Of a DNA stretch of 64,000 nt, positions 49,839 through 59,248 are shown in pieces. The position numbers and the translations under genes were made by a program. The notes beneath the pieces are model-generated. The model worked only from the letters and a program-made list of their open reading frames with translations, ran no database searches and had not been told where the DNA came from. Within the stretch, counting starts at the first letter, position 1, and every line of letters starts with the position of its first letter. Source of the stretch: Firmicutes bacterium ADurb.Bin300 (GTDB lineage: Bacteria; Bacillota; Clostridia; Oscillospirales; Acutalibacteraceae); NCBI GenBank assembly GCA_002069015.1, contig MWBL01000001.1, positions 24,967 through 88,966 of the forward strand, given 5' to 3'.

Positions 49839-51317
49839 ATGATTAATGACAGCATTTACAGCGAGATAGCGAAACGCTCTCAAGGGGATATTTATATCGG
49901 AGTGGTCGGTCCCGTGCGAACAGGGAAATCGACATTTATTAAAACCTTTTGCGACACTCTTGTAGTCCCAAACATTAATAATGAGAATATAAGAGAACGC
50001 ACCCTTGACGAGATGCCGCAGTCATCCGCAGGCAGAACTATTATGACGACAGAGCCAAAATTTATTCCCGAAGAGGCGGTAAAAATTACGCTGCCGGACA
50101 ATGCCCAAATGAATGTAAGAATGATCGATTGTGTCGGTTACATAGTTCCAAGCGCTCTGGGCTACATCGAGAATGAGCAGCCGCGCATGGTAATGACGCC
50201 CTGGTATGACCATGAGATACCATTTAATATGGCGGCTGAAATCGGGACTAAAAAGGTTATTACCGAGCATTCTACAATAGGGCTTGTAATCACTACGGAC
50301 GGCAGTATCAGCGAAATACCCCGCGAAGAATACGAGGAAGCTGAAGAGAGAGTGATAAATGAGCTTAAAGGGCTTTCAAAACCTTTTATCGTGCTCTTAA
50401 ACTGCATGTATCCTCAAAGCGCTTCAGCCGTGCAGCTTGCAGAAAGCTTAGGGGAGAAATACGGTGTGCCTGTTATTGCGGTTAACTGTCTTGAGATAAC
50501 CGAAGAGGAAATAAAGCGTGTTTTAACCGCAGTACTGTTTAGATTTCCTATTAAGGAAATTTCCGTTAATCTACCCAATTGGGTTTTGTCTCTTGACCGC
50601 TCTCATTGGCTTCGTGAGGACATCCTTGCGAGCGTAAAAGAGTCGGCGAAAGGGATAAACTGTCTTGAGGATGTATCTAAGCTTGCTGAAGATGTATCGG
50701 CAAACAAATATATTCTTTCTGCACAGGTAAAAAGCATTAATTTGGGTGACGGATGTGCAGTTATAAATGCAGCTATTGGCACCGATTTGTTTTTCAGAGT
50801 TCTTGCTGAAAGCACCGGTCTTGAGATTGGCGGTGAACAGGATTTAATGTCTGCTCTCGTAAGTCTTGTTCACATAAAAAAAGATTACGAAAAAATCAAA
50901 GATGCGTTAGACGAGGTTGAAGCAACAGGCTATGGTATAGTTATGCCGGCAATAGAAGAGTTATCGCTTAAAGAGCCCGAGATTGTTAAGCACGGCGGTA
51001 AATACGGTGTGAAGCTGTGCGCTTCAGCTCCCTCAATTCATTTAATAAAGGCAAATATTACCACAGAAGTCGCCCCTGTTGTAGGAACCGAAAGTCAGTC
51101 CGAGGAGCTTGTTTCGTATCTGTTAAAGGATTACGAGGAAGAGCCTGCCTTAATATGGAATTCGAATATTTTCGGAAAATCTCTCAGCGAACTTGTTAAC
51201 GAAGGATTAAGAAACAAGCTTTTCCATATGCCCGTCGATGCAAGAGGAAAGCTGCAAGAAACGCTTGAAAGAGTGATAAACGAAGGGTGTAACGGACTTA
51301 TCTGCATAATTTTGTAA
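49839..51317 (+). CDS. spoIVA: Stage IV sporulation protein A (coat basement-layer ATPase)
   Basis: IYIGVVGPVRTGKSTFIK Walker A. 492 aa with conserved SpoIVA sequence throughout. Confidence 0.95.
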   Translation: MINDSIYSEIAKRSQGDIYIGVVGPVRTGKSTFIKTFCDTLVVPNINNENIRERTLDEMPQSSAGRTIMTTEPKFIPEEAVKITLPDNAQMNVRMIDCVGYIVPSALGYIENEQPRMVMTPWYDHEIPFNMAAEIGTKKVITEHSTIGLVITTDGSISEIPREEYEEAEERVINELKGLSKPFIVLLNCMYPQSASAVQLAESLGEKYGVPVIAVNCLEITEEEIKRVLTAVLFRFPIKEISVNLPNWVLSLDRSHWLREDILASVKESAKGINCLEDVSKLAEDVSANKYILSAQVKSINLGDGCAVINAAIGTDLFFRVLAESTGLEIGGEQDLMSALVSLVHIKKDYEKIKDALDEVEATGYGIVMPAIEELSLKEPEIVKHGGKYGVKLCASAPSIHLIKANITTEVAPVVGTESQSEELVSYLLKDYEEEPALIWNSNIFGKSLSELVNEGLRNKLFHMPVDARGKLQETLERVINEGCNGLICIIL

Positions 51318-51432
51318 AGCTTTATTGTATTAATTTTGATTTGTCACTTCATTTTTCACCTCATAATTTCGTCTTTTAATGGCAGATTATTAAAGTAAGC
51401 ACGCAGTGATTTTGTGCTTATGGAGGTGAAGG

Positions 51433-52590
51433 ATGAATAAGGCGAAAAGGGGAATAAATTTAGTTTTTACGTTTCTTTTTTTGTTAACCGCAAGCGTCTG
51501 CATTATTTCGGTCAAGGGTATAGATGTAGGCAATGATTCTTCCGCCGTAAATCTTAAAAAAACAGAAAACACGAACGAGGAAACAGATACCTTTAATATT
51601 GTTTACCAAACAGCCGAAAAATCTAAAAAAACCGTCAGGAATTATTTGTCTGTTTTAGGAACTCCTTTCGGGATAAAGCTCTATACAAAAGGCGTCATTG
51701 TAGTTGGCAGCGAATCAATTTTGACTAAAGACGGTTTTATAAATCCGGCAGAAGCAGCGGGATTAAAACAGGGCGATATAATTACCGCGGTAAACGAGAA
51801 GCCTGTCAAAAGAAACGGTGAGCTATCAAAGTATCTTGCTGAAAGCAACGGGAAAAAGGTCGTTTTGACCGTAATCAGGGACGGCAAAGAAATAAAGGTT
51901 GATTTTAAAGCGGTGCTTTGTGATAACGATAAACGTTATAAAGCGGGATTATGGGTTCGCGACAGCTCTGCAGGCATAGGCACTTTAAGCTTTTATGATG
52001 AAAAACTGAAAATGTTTTGCGGACTTGGACACGGCGTTAATGATATCGACACGGGAGAGCTTGTACCCCTTCTTGAAGGGGAGGCGATCGGAGCTGATAT
52101 AACAGGCGCTTACAAAGGCTCGCAGGGAGTAATCGGCGAATTAATAGGCGTATTTAACGAAAACATTATCGGCTCGATTATCGAGAACTCTACCAAAGGA
52201 GTTTATGGCTTTTATGATGAAAACACTCCCGATAACGGGATAATCTATCCGATAGCAGAAAAACGAGAGGTAAAAACCGGTAAGGCTCAGATGATTTCCA
52301 CGATTGATGAAAACGGACCAAAGCTTTATGATATCGAAATAACAAAAATTGACTCCGGCAGCTCTGAAAAAAACCTTGTAATCAATGTGACGGATGCGTC
52401 TTTGATTGCCAAAACAGGTGGTATTGTTCAGGGAATGAGCGGAAGCCCTGTAATTCAGGACGGGATGCTCGTGGGAGTGGTGACACATGTATTTGTCGAT
52501 AATCCTAAAGGCGGATACGGAATATTTGCCGAGACGATGTACGATGAAATGACAAAACTTTACGAGAGAGAAATGAAAAACGCGGCTTAA
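51433..52590 (+). CDS. spoIVB: SpoIVB signalling serine peptidase (S55) with PDZ domain
   Basis: N-terminal TM, PDZ (GLKQGDIITAVNEKPV) and catalytic GMSGSPVIQDGMLVGVVTHVF. Confidence 0.9.
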   Translation: MNKAKRGINLVFTFLFLLTASVCIISVKGIDVGNDSSAVNLKKTENTNEETDTFNIVYQTAEKSKKTVRNYLSVLGTPFGIKLYTKGVIVVGSESILTKDGFINPAEAAGLKQGDIITAVNEKPVKRNGELSKYLAESNGKKVVLTVIRDGKEIKVDFKAVLCDNDKRYKAGLWVRDSSAGIGTLSFYDEKLKMFCGLGHGVNDIDTGELVPLLEGEAIGADITGAYKGSQGVIGELIGVFNENIIGSIIENSTKGVYGFYDENTPDNGIIYPIAEKREVKTGKAQMISTIDENGPKLYDIEITKIDSGSSEKNLVINVTDASLIAKTGGIVQGMSGSPVIQDGMLVGVVTHVFVDNPKGGYGIFAETMYDEMTKLYEREMKNAA

Positions 52591-52602
52591 TGCCAAAATT
52601 CA

Positions 52603-52632
52603 GCGAGGCGACAGCGAAAGCTGTTGCCTCGC
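52603..52632 (+). terminator. Hairpin after spoIVB
   Basis: GCGAGGCGACAGC-gaaa-GCTGTTGCCTCGC (13 bp, one G-U pair), followed by the AT-rich sequence gagaatttta. Confidence 0.55.
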
Positions 52633-52750
52633 CGAGAATTTTAAACAACTTTATTTAAAAAATAATTAAAAAAATTATTGCTGTAAACTATTGCCATAAT
52701 ATACCATATATGATAATATAGAGTTGCAACAAAAAAAGGAGGTATAAAAA

Positions 52751-53521
52751 ATGGCAAAACAAATTACTGTACTCTTGGCGGACGACAAGAGTGAAAGCGC
52801 GCTTAGTCTCGCTTCGGTTCTTCGTTCGATGTGTTATGATGTCAGGGTGTGTGAGAAAGATGGTTCGGCGGTGTTAGCCGCTTTAGATACTTTTACTCCG
52901 GATGTACTTATCATGGACGCGTTTTTACAACATATTGATGCTTTAGGGGTAATCGAAAAAGTCAAGAAGCAATCATCTTATTCAGGACCTTTAATTTTCA
53001 TTCTTTCAAGTGTGGACAACCAAAATTTTGAAAAAGAGGTATTAGAAACGGGGGCTGATTATTATTTCATTAAACCCTTTGAGCCGCATATCCTTGCTGA
53101 AAGAATAGTGCAAATGACAGGCTGGAAGCGTGTCTGCAAGGAAAATCAGCTTGTTTATGCAAATAATGACAACCTTGAGATTATAGTTTCAGACATCATG
53201 CATCAAATCGGAGTCCCCGCCCATATCAAAGGTTATCAGTATCTCAGAGAGGCCATTATGCTTTCTGTAGACAATACCGAAATGCTCGATTCAGTTACAA
53301 AGCTTTTATACCCTACTGTTGCAAAAAATTTTACGACAACGTCCTCGCGCGTAGAGCGTGCAATCAGGCACGCCATTGAAGTGGCATGGGACAGGGGAGA
53401 TGTAGATGTTTTAAGCTCATATTTCGGTTACACCATACAAAACACGAGAGGAAAGCCTACAAACTCGGAATTTATCGCAATGATAAGTGACAAACTCCGG
53501 CTTCGTCTCAAAGCATCATAA
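52751..53521 (+). CDS. spo0A: Sporulation master regulator Spo0A
   Basis: Receiver domain (VLLADD...IMDAFL). Spo0A-specific C-terminal domain ([16 protein letters not shown]...[15 protein letters not shown]). Confidence 0.95.
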   Translation: MAKQITVLLADDKSESALSLASVLRSMCYDVRVCEKDGSAVLAALDTFTPDVLIMDAFLQHIDALGVIEKVKKQSSYSGPLIFILSSVDNQNFEKEVLETGADYYFIKPFEPHILAERIVQMTGWKRVCKENQLVYANNDNLEIIVSDIMHQIGVPAHIKGYQYLREAIMLSVDNTEMLDSVTKLLYPTVAKNFTTTSSRVERAIRHAIEVAWDRGDVDVLSSYFGYTIQNTRGKPTNSEFIAMISDKLRLRLKAS

Positions 53522-53536
53522 ATAATGCCAATTTAA

Positions 53537-53571
53537 AACCGCGGTCTGTTATAACGAACAGGTCGCGGCTT
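53537..53571. terminator. Imperfect bidirectional hairpin between spo0A and the convergent small ORFs
   Basis: AACCGCGGTCTGTT-loop-AACAGGTCGCGGCTT. T-rich sequence follows on both strands. Confidence 0.45.
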
Positions 53572-53620
53572 GTTTTAATAGGCGAAATGCTTTCGGTTAA
53601 CATCTGAATATTAAAATTTG

Positions 53621-53803
53621 CTATGAATCTGCGCCTTGCGAAAAATCAATAATTTCAGCTGTTGTAAATTCTGCGCCGTCATCAAACATTTCCTTTTGCT
53701 TCTCAAAGCTTTCATTTGTGGGTGAATTCTCACCAAACAACTGATTTGTGATTTCTTCATCTTTTTTTTGCGGTAATCTTTTCTTATTATTTTTCTTTTC
53801 CAC
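53621..53803 (-). CDS. Small acidic hydrophilic protein (60 aa), function unknown
   Basis: GTG lies 6 nt after GGGAGG. The frame has clear purine-first codon periodicity (gaa aag aaa aat gat gaa ggt gag gct ggc). The product starts MEKKNNKKRLPQKKDEEITNQLFGENSPTNESFEK. Confidence 0.45.
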   Translation of the reverse strand: MEKKNNKKRLPQKKDEEITNQLFGENSPTNESFEKQKEMFDDGAEFTTAEIIDFSQGADS

Positions 53804-53823
53804 ATAAAACCTCCCTTCTAAAA

Positions 53824-53970
53824 CTATTCAAAGCCACGCTTGTTTTCGTTGTTTCTATTTTTGTTTTCGGCTGCAGCAGCATTCATCTGAGCTTCATTGT
53901 TCTGCATATTCTTGTTTTTTGCTTTTCTCTCGGTATTTTTGTTCTTTTTATTTTTTTTATCGTTTTTCAT
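53824..53970 (-). CDS. Small basic K/N-rich protein (48 aa, not in the ORF track), function unknown
   Basis: ATG at 53970 lies 7 nt after GGAGG. My translation: MKNDKKNKKNKNTERKAKNKNMQNNEAQMNAAAAENKNRNNENKRGFE. Confidence 0.45.
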   Translation of the reverse strand: MKNDKKNKKNKNTERKAKNKNMQNNEAQMNAAAAENKNRNNENKRGFE

Positions 53971-54070
53971 TTTTTACCTCCATTATTAGTTGATAATACT
54001 AATATTTCCAGAGTTTAATGAAATATGTTCATTTATTTAAATATTCAGGTAACAGGTTATTGAATCAGCG

Positions 54071-54754
54071 TCACTTCTCGTTTAATGTGTCAGACACGAT
54101 TCTTCCGTCAGAAATCACAATTTTACGGTTACAGTAATCGGAAATTTCTTTTTCATGCGTTATGATGACGACGGCGGCGCCCGTCTTATTTATTCTGGTG
54201 AGAAGCTGCATGATCTGCTTCGATGTCTCGCTGTCAAGCGCGCCTGTCGGTTCATCCGCAAGAATAATTCTGGGTTTGATAATCATTGCTCTCGCGATTG
54301 CGGCGCGCTGGCGCTGACCGCCCGAGAGCTTCAGCGCGTTCTGATCGTATAGCTTGCTTATACCGACTTCCCTGAGCGCGTTTTCGGCACGCTGTTTACG
54401 CTCTTTTTTGGAGCATCTTGTAAACATGAGCGGCAGTTCCGTGTTTTCACCTGCGGAAAAAGTCTCTATCAGTGAATAATCCTGAAACACCGTGCCTATG
54501 GATTTGTTCCGCAGCTTCGCTTTTTTGCTTTCCGAAAGCTTTGAAACAGGCTGGTCATCGAATAGATATTCTCCCTTTTCATAATCCTCGACGCACGCTA
54601 AAATATGCATCAGGGTGCTTTTCCCGGCGCCTGATTTGCCAATTATCGCGATAAACTCGCCTTCTTCTATTTTGAGCGATACGTCATTTAAAGCAACGAC
54701 CGCGTTGGGCTGTCCTAAGTTGTAGGTTTTATATATATTTTTTAGCTCAATCAT
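54071..54754 (-). CDS. ABC transporter ATP-binding protein (MacB/LolD-type)
   Basis: Walker A GKSGAGKSTLMH, signature LSGGQRQRAAIARA, Walker B ILADEPTGALD. Confidence 0.95.
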   Translation of the reverse strand: MIELKNIYKTYNLGQPNAVVALNDVSLKIEEGEFIAIIGKSGAGKSTLMHILACVEDYEKGEYLFDDQPVSKLSESKKAKLRNKSIGTVFQDYSLIETFSAGENTELPLMFTRCSKKERKQRAENALREVGISKLYDQNALKLSGGQRQRAAIARAMIIKPRIILADEPTGALDSETSKQIMQLLTRINKTGAAVVIITHEKEISDYCNRKIVISDGRIVSDTLNEK

Positions 54755-54768
54755 CTTTTCAACCGCCT

Positions 54769-55998
54769 TTATTGCTTTTTATAATCGAGTATCATTGCGC
54801 GGAGCGGCTTGCGCCTGAACGCGAACAGCGAGAAAAGCACGGGTATCAGTATCAGGGTCAGCGCCGTTATCCCGAGCGTGATGAAGGTATAGTGATTAAT
54901 AAAAACGAAAGCGGCCGCAAGCCTTCTGAAAAATCCCGAAATCAAAAGAACGCCGATTGCGGGTATAAAAGATACCGAAACAATAAACAGAATATAGACA
55001 AGAATAATCGCGTACAGCCGTTTTTTCGTACAGCCCGAAAGGCAGTAAAGCGAAAACGTGTTCATATTGCCCGATATATTGATCAGCGATACCGCCGAAA
55101 GTCCCGAAACGGCGATAACGGCCGCGAAAATAAGCGACGGAAGCTTCTTTTCGAGCCAAATACTGATCTCTTTTTTTGTGTTTTCCTCTATTTCTTTCGC
55201 GCTTGTAACACTTCCGTATTTCTGCAGCGTCGCTAAATTTCCGGCTTTTTCTTTGCTTGTGAGCGAATCGTCAAAGAACACATGGTAAATACAAAATCCG
55301 CTGTAGTCGTTTGCGCTTTTCAGCGTAACGTCCGGCATATCGTCAAGGAAGGCGATTGCCTGACCGGGCATAAGCTCTTCCGCTATAACACTCGCAGACA
55401 GTGATACGGCGCTGTTTGTCGCCGATAAATAGGAATACGGTTTTTTCAGCGTTCCCGCAACCTTGAATTCGCATTCAACGGTTTTGTCCTCAACCTCTAT
55501 GTATCCCCGCAGGGAATCGCCGGTTTTATAGTTTCCGCCCGCGGTGATGATTCTTATCACGCCTTCTTCCTTTTCCGACGCTTCAATGTTTGCGGTTCCC
55601 CTGAGCAGGAAATTCGTGTTTTTTATCAGCCTTTCATCCTGAAAGATAAGATCCAGACAACGGCCGTCGGCAAAAAACGCCGGGTAAACATACTCGTTGC
55701 AAAATACGGGATCGCCCTTAAGCTCTCCCCTGACCTTTTCCGGATCAAAGGCTTCTATTTCGGATATGTCCGTCATTCCGCCCGTGCTGACCCTGAGAAA
55801 CCGCTCCGTAAGGACTTCAAGTCTGTAAAAGTCTTGTGTAAAGATGTTTTTCATCATATTTCCCGAATAGAGGTTGAGGCATATTGTGGACACGATATTC
55901 GCGAGAATAAGGAATACCGCCGTCATCTGAATGATGAGCGCGGCGTGAAGAAGCATATGCCGATATATCAGACCGAACGCAAGCTTAAACAGTCTCAC
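54769..55998 (-). CDS. FtsX-like ABC permease (409 aa)
   Basis: N-terminal TM, about 230-aa extracytoplasmic domain, then a C-terminal 3-TM FtsX-type bundle. Overlaps the upstream gene by 4 nt. Confidence 0.8.
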   Translation of the reverse strand: MRLFKLAFGLIYRHMLLHAALIIQMTAVFLILANIVSTICLNLYSGNMMKNIFTQDFYRLEVLTERFLRVSTGGMTDISEIEAFDPEKVRGELKGDPVFCNEYVYPAFFADGRCLDLIFQDERLIKNTNFLLRGTANIEASEKEEGVIRIITAGGNYKTGDSLRGYIEVEDKTVECEFKVAGTLKKPYSYLSATNSAVSLSASVIAEELMPGQAIAFLDDMPDVTLKSANDYSGFCIYHVFFDDSLTSKEKAGNLATLQKYGSVTSAKEIEENTKKEISIWLEKKLPSLIFAAVIAVSGLSAVSLINISGNMNTFSLYCLSGCTKKRLYAIILVYILFIVSVSFIPAIGVLLISGFFRRLAAAFVFINHYTFITLGITALTLILIPVLFSLFAFRRKPLRAMILDYKKQ

Positions 55999-57011
55999 CC
56001 TTTCATCCTCCTTACATCAAGCGCCGTGCGTTTTTTGAAACCGAGAAGCATAGGCAGGAGGGAAAGGGCGCACATACCGATATAAAGACCTGCCGGAAGC
56101 AGCGCGTCCTTAGCCGTGAGATATCCGTCTTCAAACAGGGAAGGCAGTACTGTAACAATGGATAAAAGCGTTCCCGCTATAACAGAAAAAGCACAGTAAA
56201 TAAGATATTCAAACGAGATATGAAGCGATATTTTCAGGGGTGACGCTCCGCAAATTACGGAAACCGCGTATATGTCGCGCCTTCTTATCAATACGTATCT
56301 GAAAACGAACATAATGTTGAGCAGCGAAAGCGCGAAGAGGAGATACGAGCGCACGGCGGCTGAGTCAAGCCCGTATTCCGTACCCGTGTCCCTTTTTTCA
56401 GGTATCCCGACGGAAGCGCCGGGAAACAGCTCGGACAGAGCTTCCCCGAAAGAGACCGCCTCCGATTTTGTCGGTAACGCTTTCAGCGTATAGGATATTT
56501 TATAGACGGTATCCGTTTGCTGAAGCGAATCATACGGGACCTCGCAAAAATCAAGCCAGCCGTCAATACCCACGATCGTATACTCCCTGCCGCATACGGT
56601 AACGGTATCGCCTAAAAAGATATTCTCGGCGGCGCTGAATTTCATCGCCGCCGTCGCTTCTCCGCCGGCTTGTATTTTCCGCCCGAACTGCGGCGAAGCT
56701 ATGACGCCGGCTCTTTGCGAGGCTACGGAATAATCGTCGGACAGATAAAAAACGGTTGCGTCGATTTTTACGCCGTTTAGCTCCTGCCCGTCTTTTAAAA
56801 CATCACACGCCTCGCCTAAGGCGATCCCTCCGTTATATATAACATAAAAGGTCGCCGCTTTTTTTACATACATCAGGGTCGAATACTCGTTTTGCTGGTG
56901 CGTAAAATAAGTGTACTGTATACCGGTAACGGCCGTTATCTGCAGCAGTATGAATAAAACAAACAGGAACCGCTGTTCTTTGATAAAGTTTCTTACAGAA
57001 AGAAACAGCAT
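55995..57011 (-). CDS. FtsX-like ABC permease (338 aa)
   Basis: N-terminal TM, extracytoplasmic domain with GDTVTVCGREYTIVGI, and a C-terminal FtsX-like segment (LLNIMFVFRYVLIRRRDIYAVSVICGASPLKI). Confidence 0.8.
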   Translation of the reverse strand: MLFLSVRNFIKEQRFLFVLFILLQITAVTGIQYTYFTHQQNEYSTLMYVKKAATFYVIYNGGIALGEACDVLKDGQELNGVKIDATVFYLSDDYSVASQRAGVIASPQFGRKIQAGGEATAAMKFSAAENIFLGDTVTVCGREYTIVGIDGWLDFCEVPYDSLQQTDTVYKISYTLKALPTKSEAVSFGEALSELFPGASVGIPEKRDTGTEYGLDSAAVRSYLLFALSLLNIMFVFRYVLIRRRDIYAVSVICGASPLKISLHISFEYLIYCAFSVIAGTLLSIVTVLPSLFEDGYLTAKDALLPAGLYIGMCALSLLPMLLGFKKRTALDVRRMKG

Positions 57012-57026
57012 GGAATTCTCTCCGTT

Positions 57027-59240
57027 TCAAAGGTCGCCGTATCCCTCGTCAAGCTCTGTTTCAAACAGGGAAAGCGACTTTTCTTCTTTGGTCTTCAGCA
57101 ATCGGTAGACCCTGTGCGCCGTAAGAAGGCATAAGATCAGCGAGAGCGACAGGAACAGTATGATTGAAAAGAGGTAGACGGTGTTTACGGTCAGCGAGCC
57201 GTCGGGATACCGATACCGGTTTTCCGTATATGCGCCCATATAGTTCATGCCCCTGAAGTTATAGCTTTTTGAGAAAGGGGCAATATCGTCGTTTTCCATA
57301 TCGAGCGCGTTATACTTGCGCTTTAATTCCGAGATGAGATTTAAAAACGCGCTGTCCTGTGTTTTTTTAGTTACGAGCATGGTCATCAAGAGCGCGTTTT
57401 CTTTTATATGATCGGTTTCGGCGTGGTCTATGAGATTGGAGTTATACGTATAATACCCCTTTAATGACGGCGTATAGACTCTCTCGTTTAAAAACAGCGT
57501 ATTGTACTTGAGCTTAACATTATTGGCGCTTCTCATTCTCGCGAATATTTGTTTATCATACGGAATAAATACGCCCTTTTTCGCTATTCCCGTAACCGTG
57601 CATTTTGTATATACGGGCTCTTCGTTTTCATTCAGGGCGGAAAGGGTCAAAAAGCACGTGTCTCCGACAGAAAGGCCCAAACCGTCCGTCACAACGATTT
57701 CGAGAATGTCTCCTGTTCTGTAGTTCTTGCCGAAGTCGGGGTATTCTCCCGCCGTAAGCCTTAAAAGGTCTGCTTCTGCGTAATAATCATATATTACAAA
57801 GCTGTCGGCCATTTCTTCCCGGGCATTTTTCACTTTTACGGAAAACTTTAGATCATGCTCGTTTACAACTGAAAACGCAGGGTTTTCATTTCCCGTATAA
57901 AGCCTGTCGGCGACGCTGTTTTCAAAAGCGAAGGAACTGACGAACGCTTCTTGCCCGGACAGCTCCGATACGAACGATTTAAAATTTTTCTCCCTTTCGC
58001 TCCCGAAAAAGGCGAGGTATTTTTTATCCGTGCCGCCGTCCGCGAAAAAGCTCAAATCCATATTGTTTACTATTTTTTTATACGTTATCAGGTCGGATGT
58101 GAGCGTGAACGACAGCATGAAGGGAAAGGCCGTGATAAGCGCGCACAGCAGAACAGAGAGGACGCTCTTTAAGACAAACCCTTTTTTAGGCTTGGATCTG
58201 ATGAAAATTACAATGCGTATCAACACGAACAGAGAGAGCAGACACGGGAAGAAGGAGAGACAGACAAATCCGCTGAAATCCGATAAATCGATCGGCGTGT
58301 CAAAAAACAGACTGTCAAGACCGTAGTTGCTGCCGTAAAGGAAAGAATATATATCTGTCATATTTCCGACTGTCGCGCCTATCGCCGGGTTTAATCCACT
58401 GTATTTTTTTATAAGATTTGAAATGCCTATGTCATAGGGATCAGAGCCTTTGATTCCGTTTCCGTCAAGCACATTGTACGCGGCAATGAAGAGATTGTCG
58501 CTTTCCCTGTCACAGGTGAGAAAGTCGAGCTCGGGAAGATAAACGGTTTCGTCCTCATAAAGGATATCATACATAAGCCTTATCGTAATCTTCGTTTCGT
58601 CAGACATCTTATATAAGCATGGCATAATAAGACCTTTCTTAACAGTTCCGACAACGGTGCAGGAGATGTATACATCCTGCCCGTCCTCTTTACCCGAAAG
58701 AGCCAATACACAGGGATCGCCGACAGAGAGTCCCAAGCCGTCCGTCGCCATTATTTCAACGGTATCGCCCTCTTTATACCGGAGAGAGCAGTTCATATAC
58801 CTGCCGTCCGAAAGAGTAAGAACCTTATTTTTTACATAGTATTCGTTTAATATATAGCTTCCGGAGACAGCGCTGACGCCGATCTCGTTGGATACCGTTT
58901 CGCCTTTTTGTTCCCTTGCCCCGTCTATACCCGCGGTGTTTCTGTAGAGGGCGGTTACGGGATTTATTCTTGTGCTTATGGGGAAAGCGCTTTCGCTTTC
59001 CCTCTCGGACAAAAGGCTTGAAATAAATCCTTCGCGGTTTTCATAACCGCCCTCGCCGGTAAAAACAGCGTATGAAAGTTCATACGATAAGTCCGATAAG
59101 TCTTTGTAGCCTACGGCAACTTTGTAGTATTTCAATCCGCTTATACCTATGTATGCCGCGAGAAGAAGAGAACAAACGACAAGAATTATGCCGACGACTG
59201 CAATCGGTATTTTAAGCTTGCTCATATTCTCCCCACCCAT
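57027..59240 (-). CDS. 737-aa membrane protein with two MacB-periplasmic-domain-like modules (TM-ECD-TM-TM-ECD-TM)
   Basis: Hydrophobic segments lie at about aa 10-34, 323-347, 357-381 and 686-708. Two paralogous modules contain EIMATDGLGLSVGDPCVLAL and EIVVTDGLGLSVGDTCFLTL. Alternative ATG at 59225. Confidence 0.75.
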   Translation of the reverse strand: MGGENMSKLKIPIAVVGIILVVCSLLLAAYIGISGLKYYKVAVGYKDLSDLSYELSYAVFTGEGGYENREGFISSLLSERESESAFPISTRINPVTALYRNTAGIDGAREQKGETVSNEIGVSAVSGSYILNEYYVKNKVLTLSDGRYMNCSLRYKEGDTVEIMATDGLGLSVGDPCVLALSGKEDGQDVYISCTVVGTVKKGLIMPCLYKMSDETKITIRLMYDILYEDETVYLPELDFLTCDRESDNLFIAAYNVLDGNGIKGSDPYDIGISNLIKKYSGLNPAIGATVGNMTDIYSFLYGSNYGLDSLFFDTPIDLSDFSGFVCLSFFPCLLSLFVLIRIVIFIRSKPKKGFVLKSVLSVLLCALITAFPFMLSFTLTSDLITYKKIVNNMDLSFFADGGTDKKYLAFFGSEREKNFKSFVSELSGQEAFVSSFAFENSVADRLYTGNENPAFSVVNEHDLKFSVKVKNAREEMADSFVIYDYYAEADLLRLTAGEYPDFGKNYRTGDILEIVVTDGLGLSVGDTCFLTLSALNENEEPVYTKCTVTGIAKKGVFIPYDKQIFARMRSANNVKLKYNTLFLNERVYTPSLKGYYTYNSNLIDHAETDHIKENALLMTMLVTKKTQDSAFLNLISELKRKYNALDMENDDIAPFSKSYNFRGMNYMGAYTENRYRYPDGSLTVNTVYLFSIILFLSLSLILCLLTAHRVYRLLKTKEEKSLSLFETELDEGYGDL

Positions 59241-59248
59241 TTAAATAA

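Noticed and set aside
53611-53805. Alternative 64-aa very basic ORF (MWKRKIIRKDYRKKK...) overlapping the 60-aa ORF in another frame.
   Set aside because: The 60-aa frame shows purine-first codon periodicity and better SD spacing (6 nt against 4 nt). The basic frame looks like a by-product of A-rich sequence. Some ambiguity remains.
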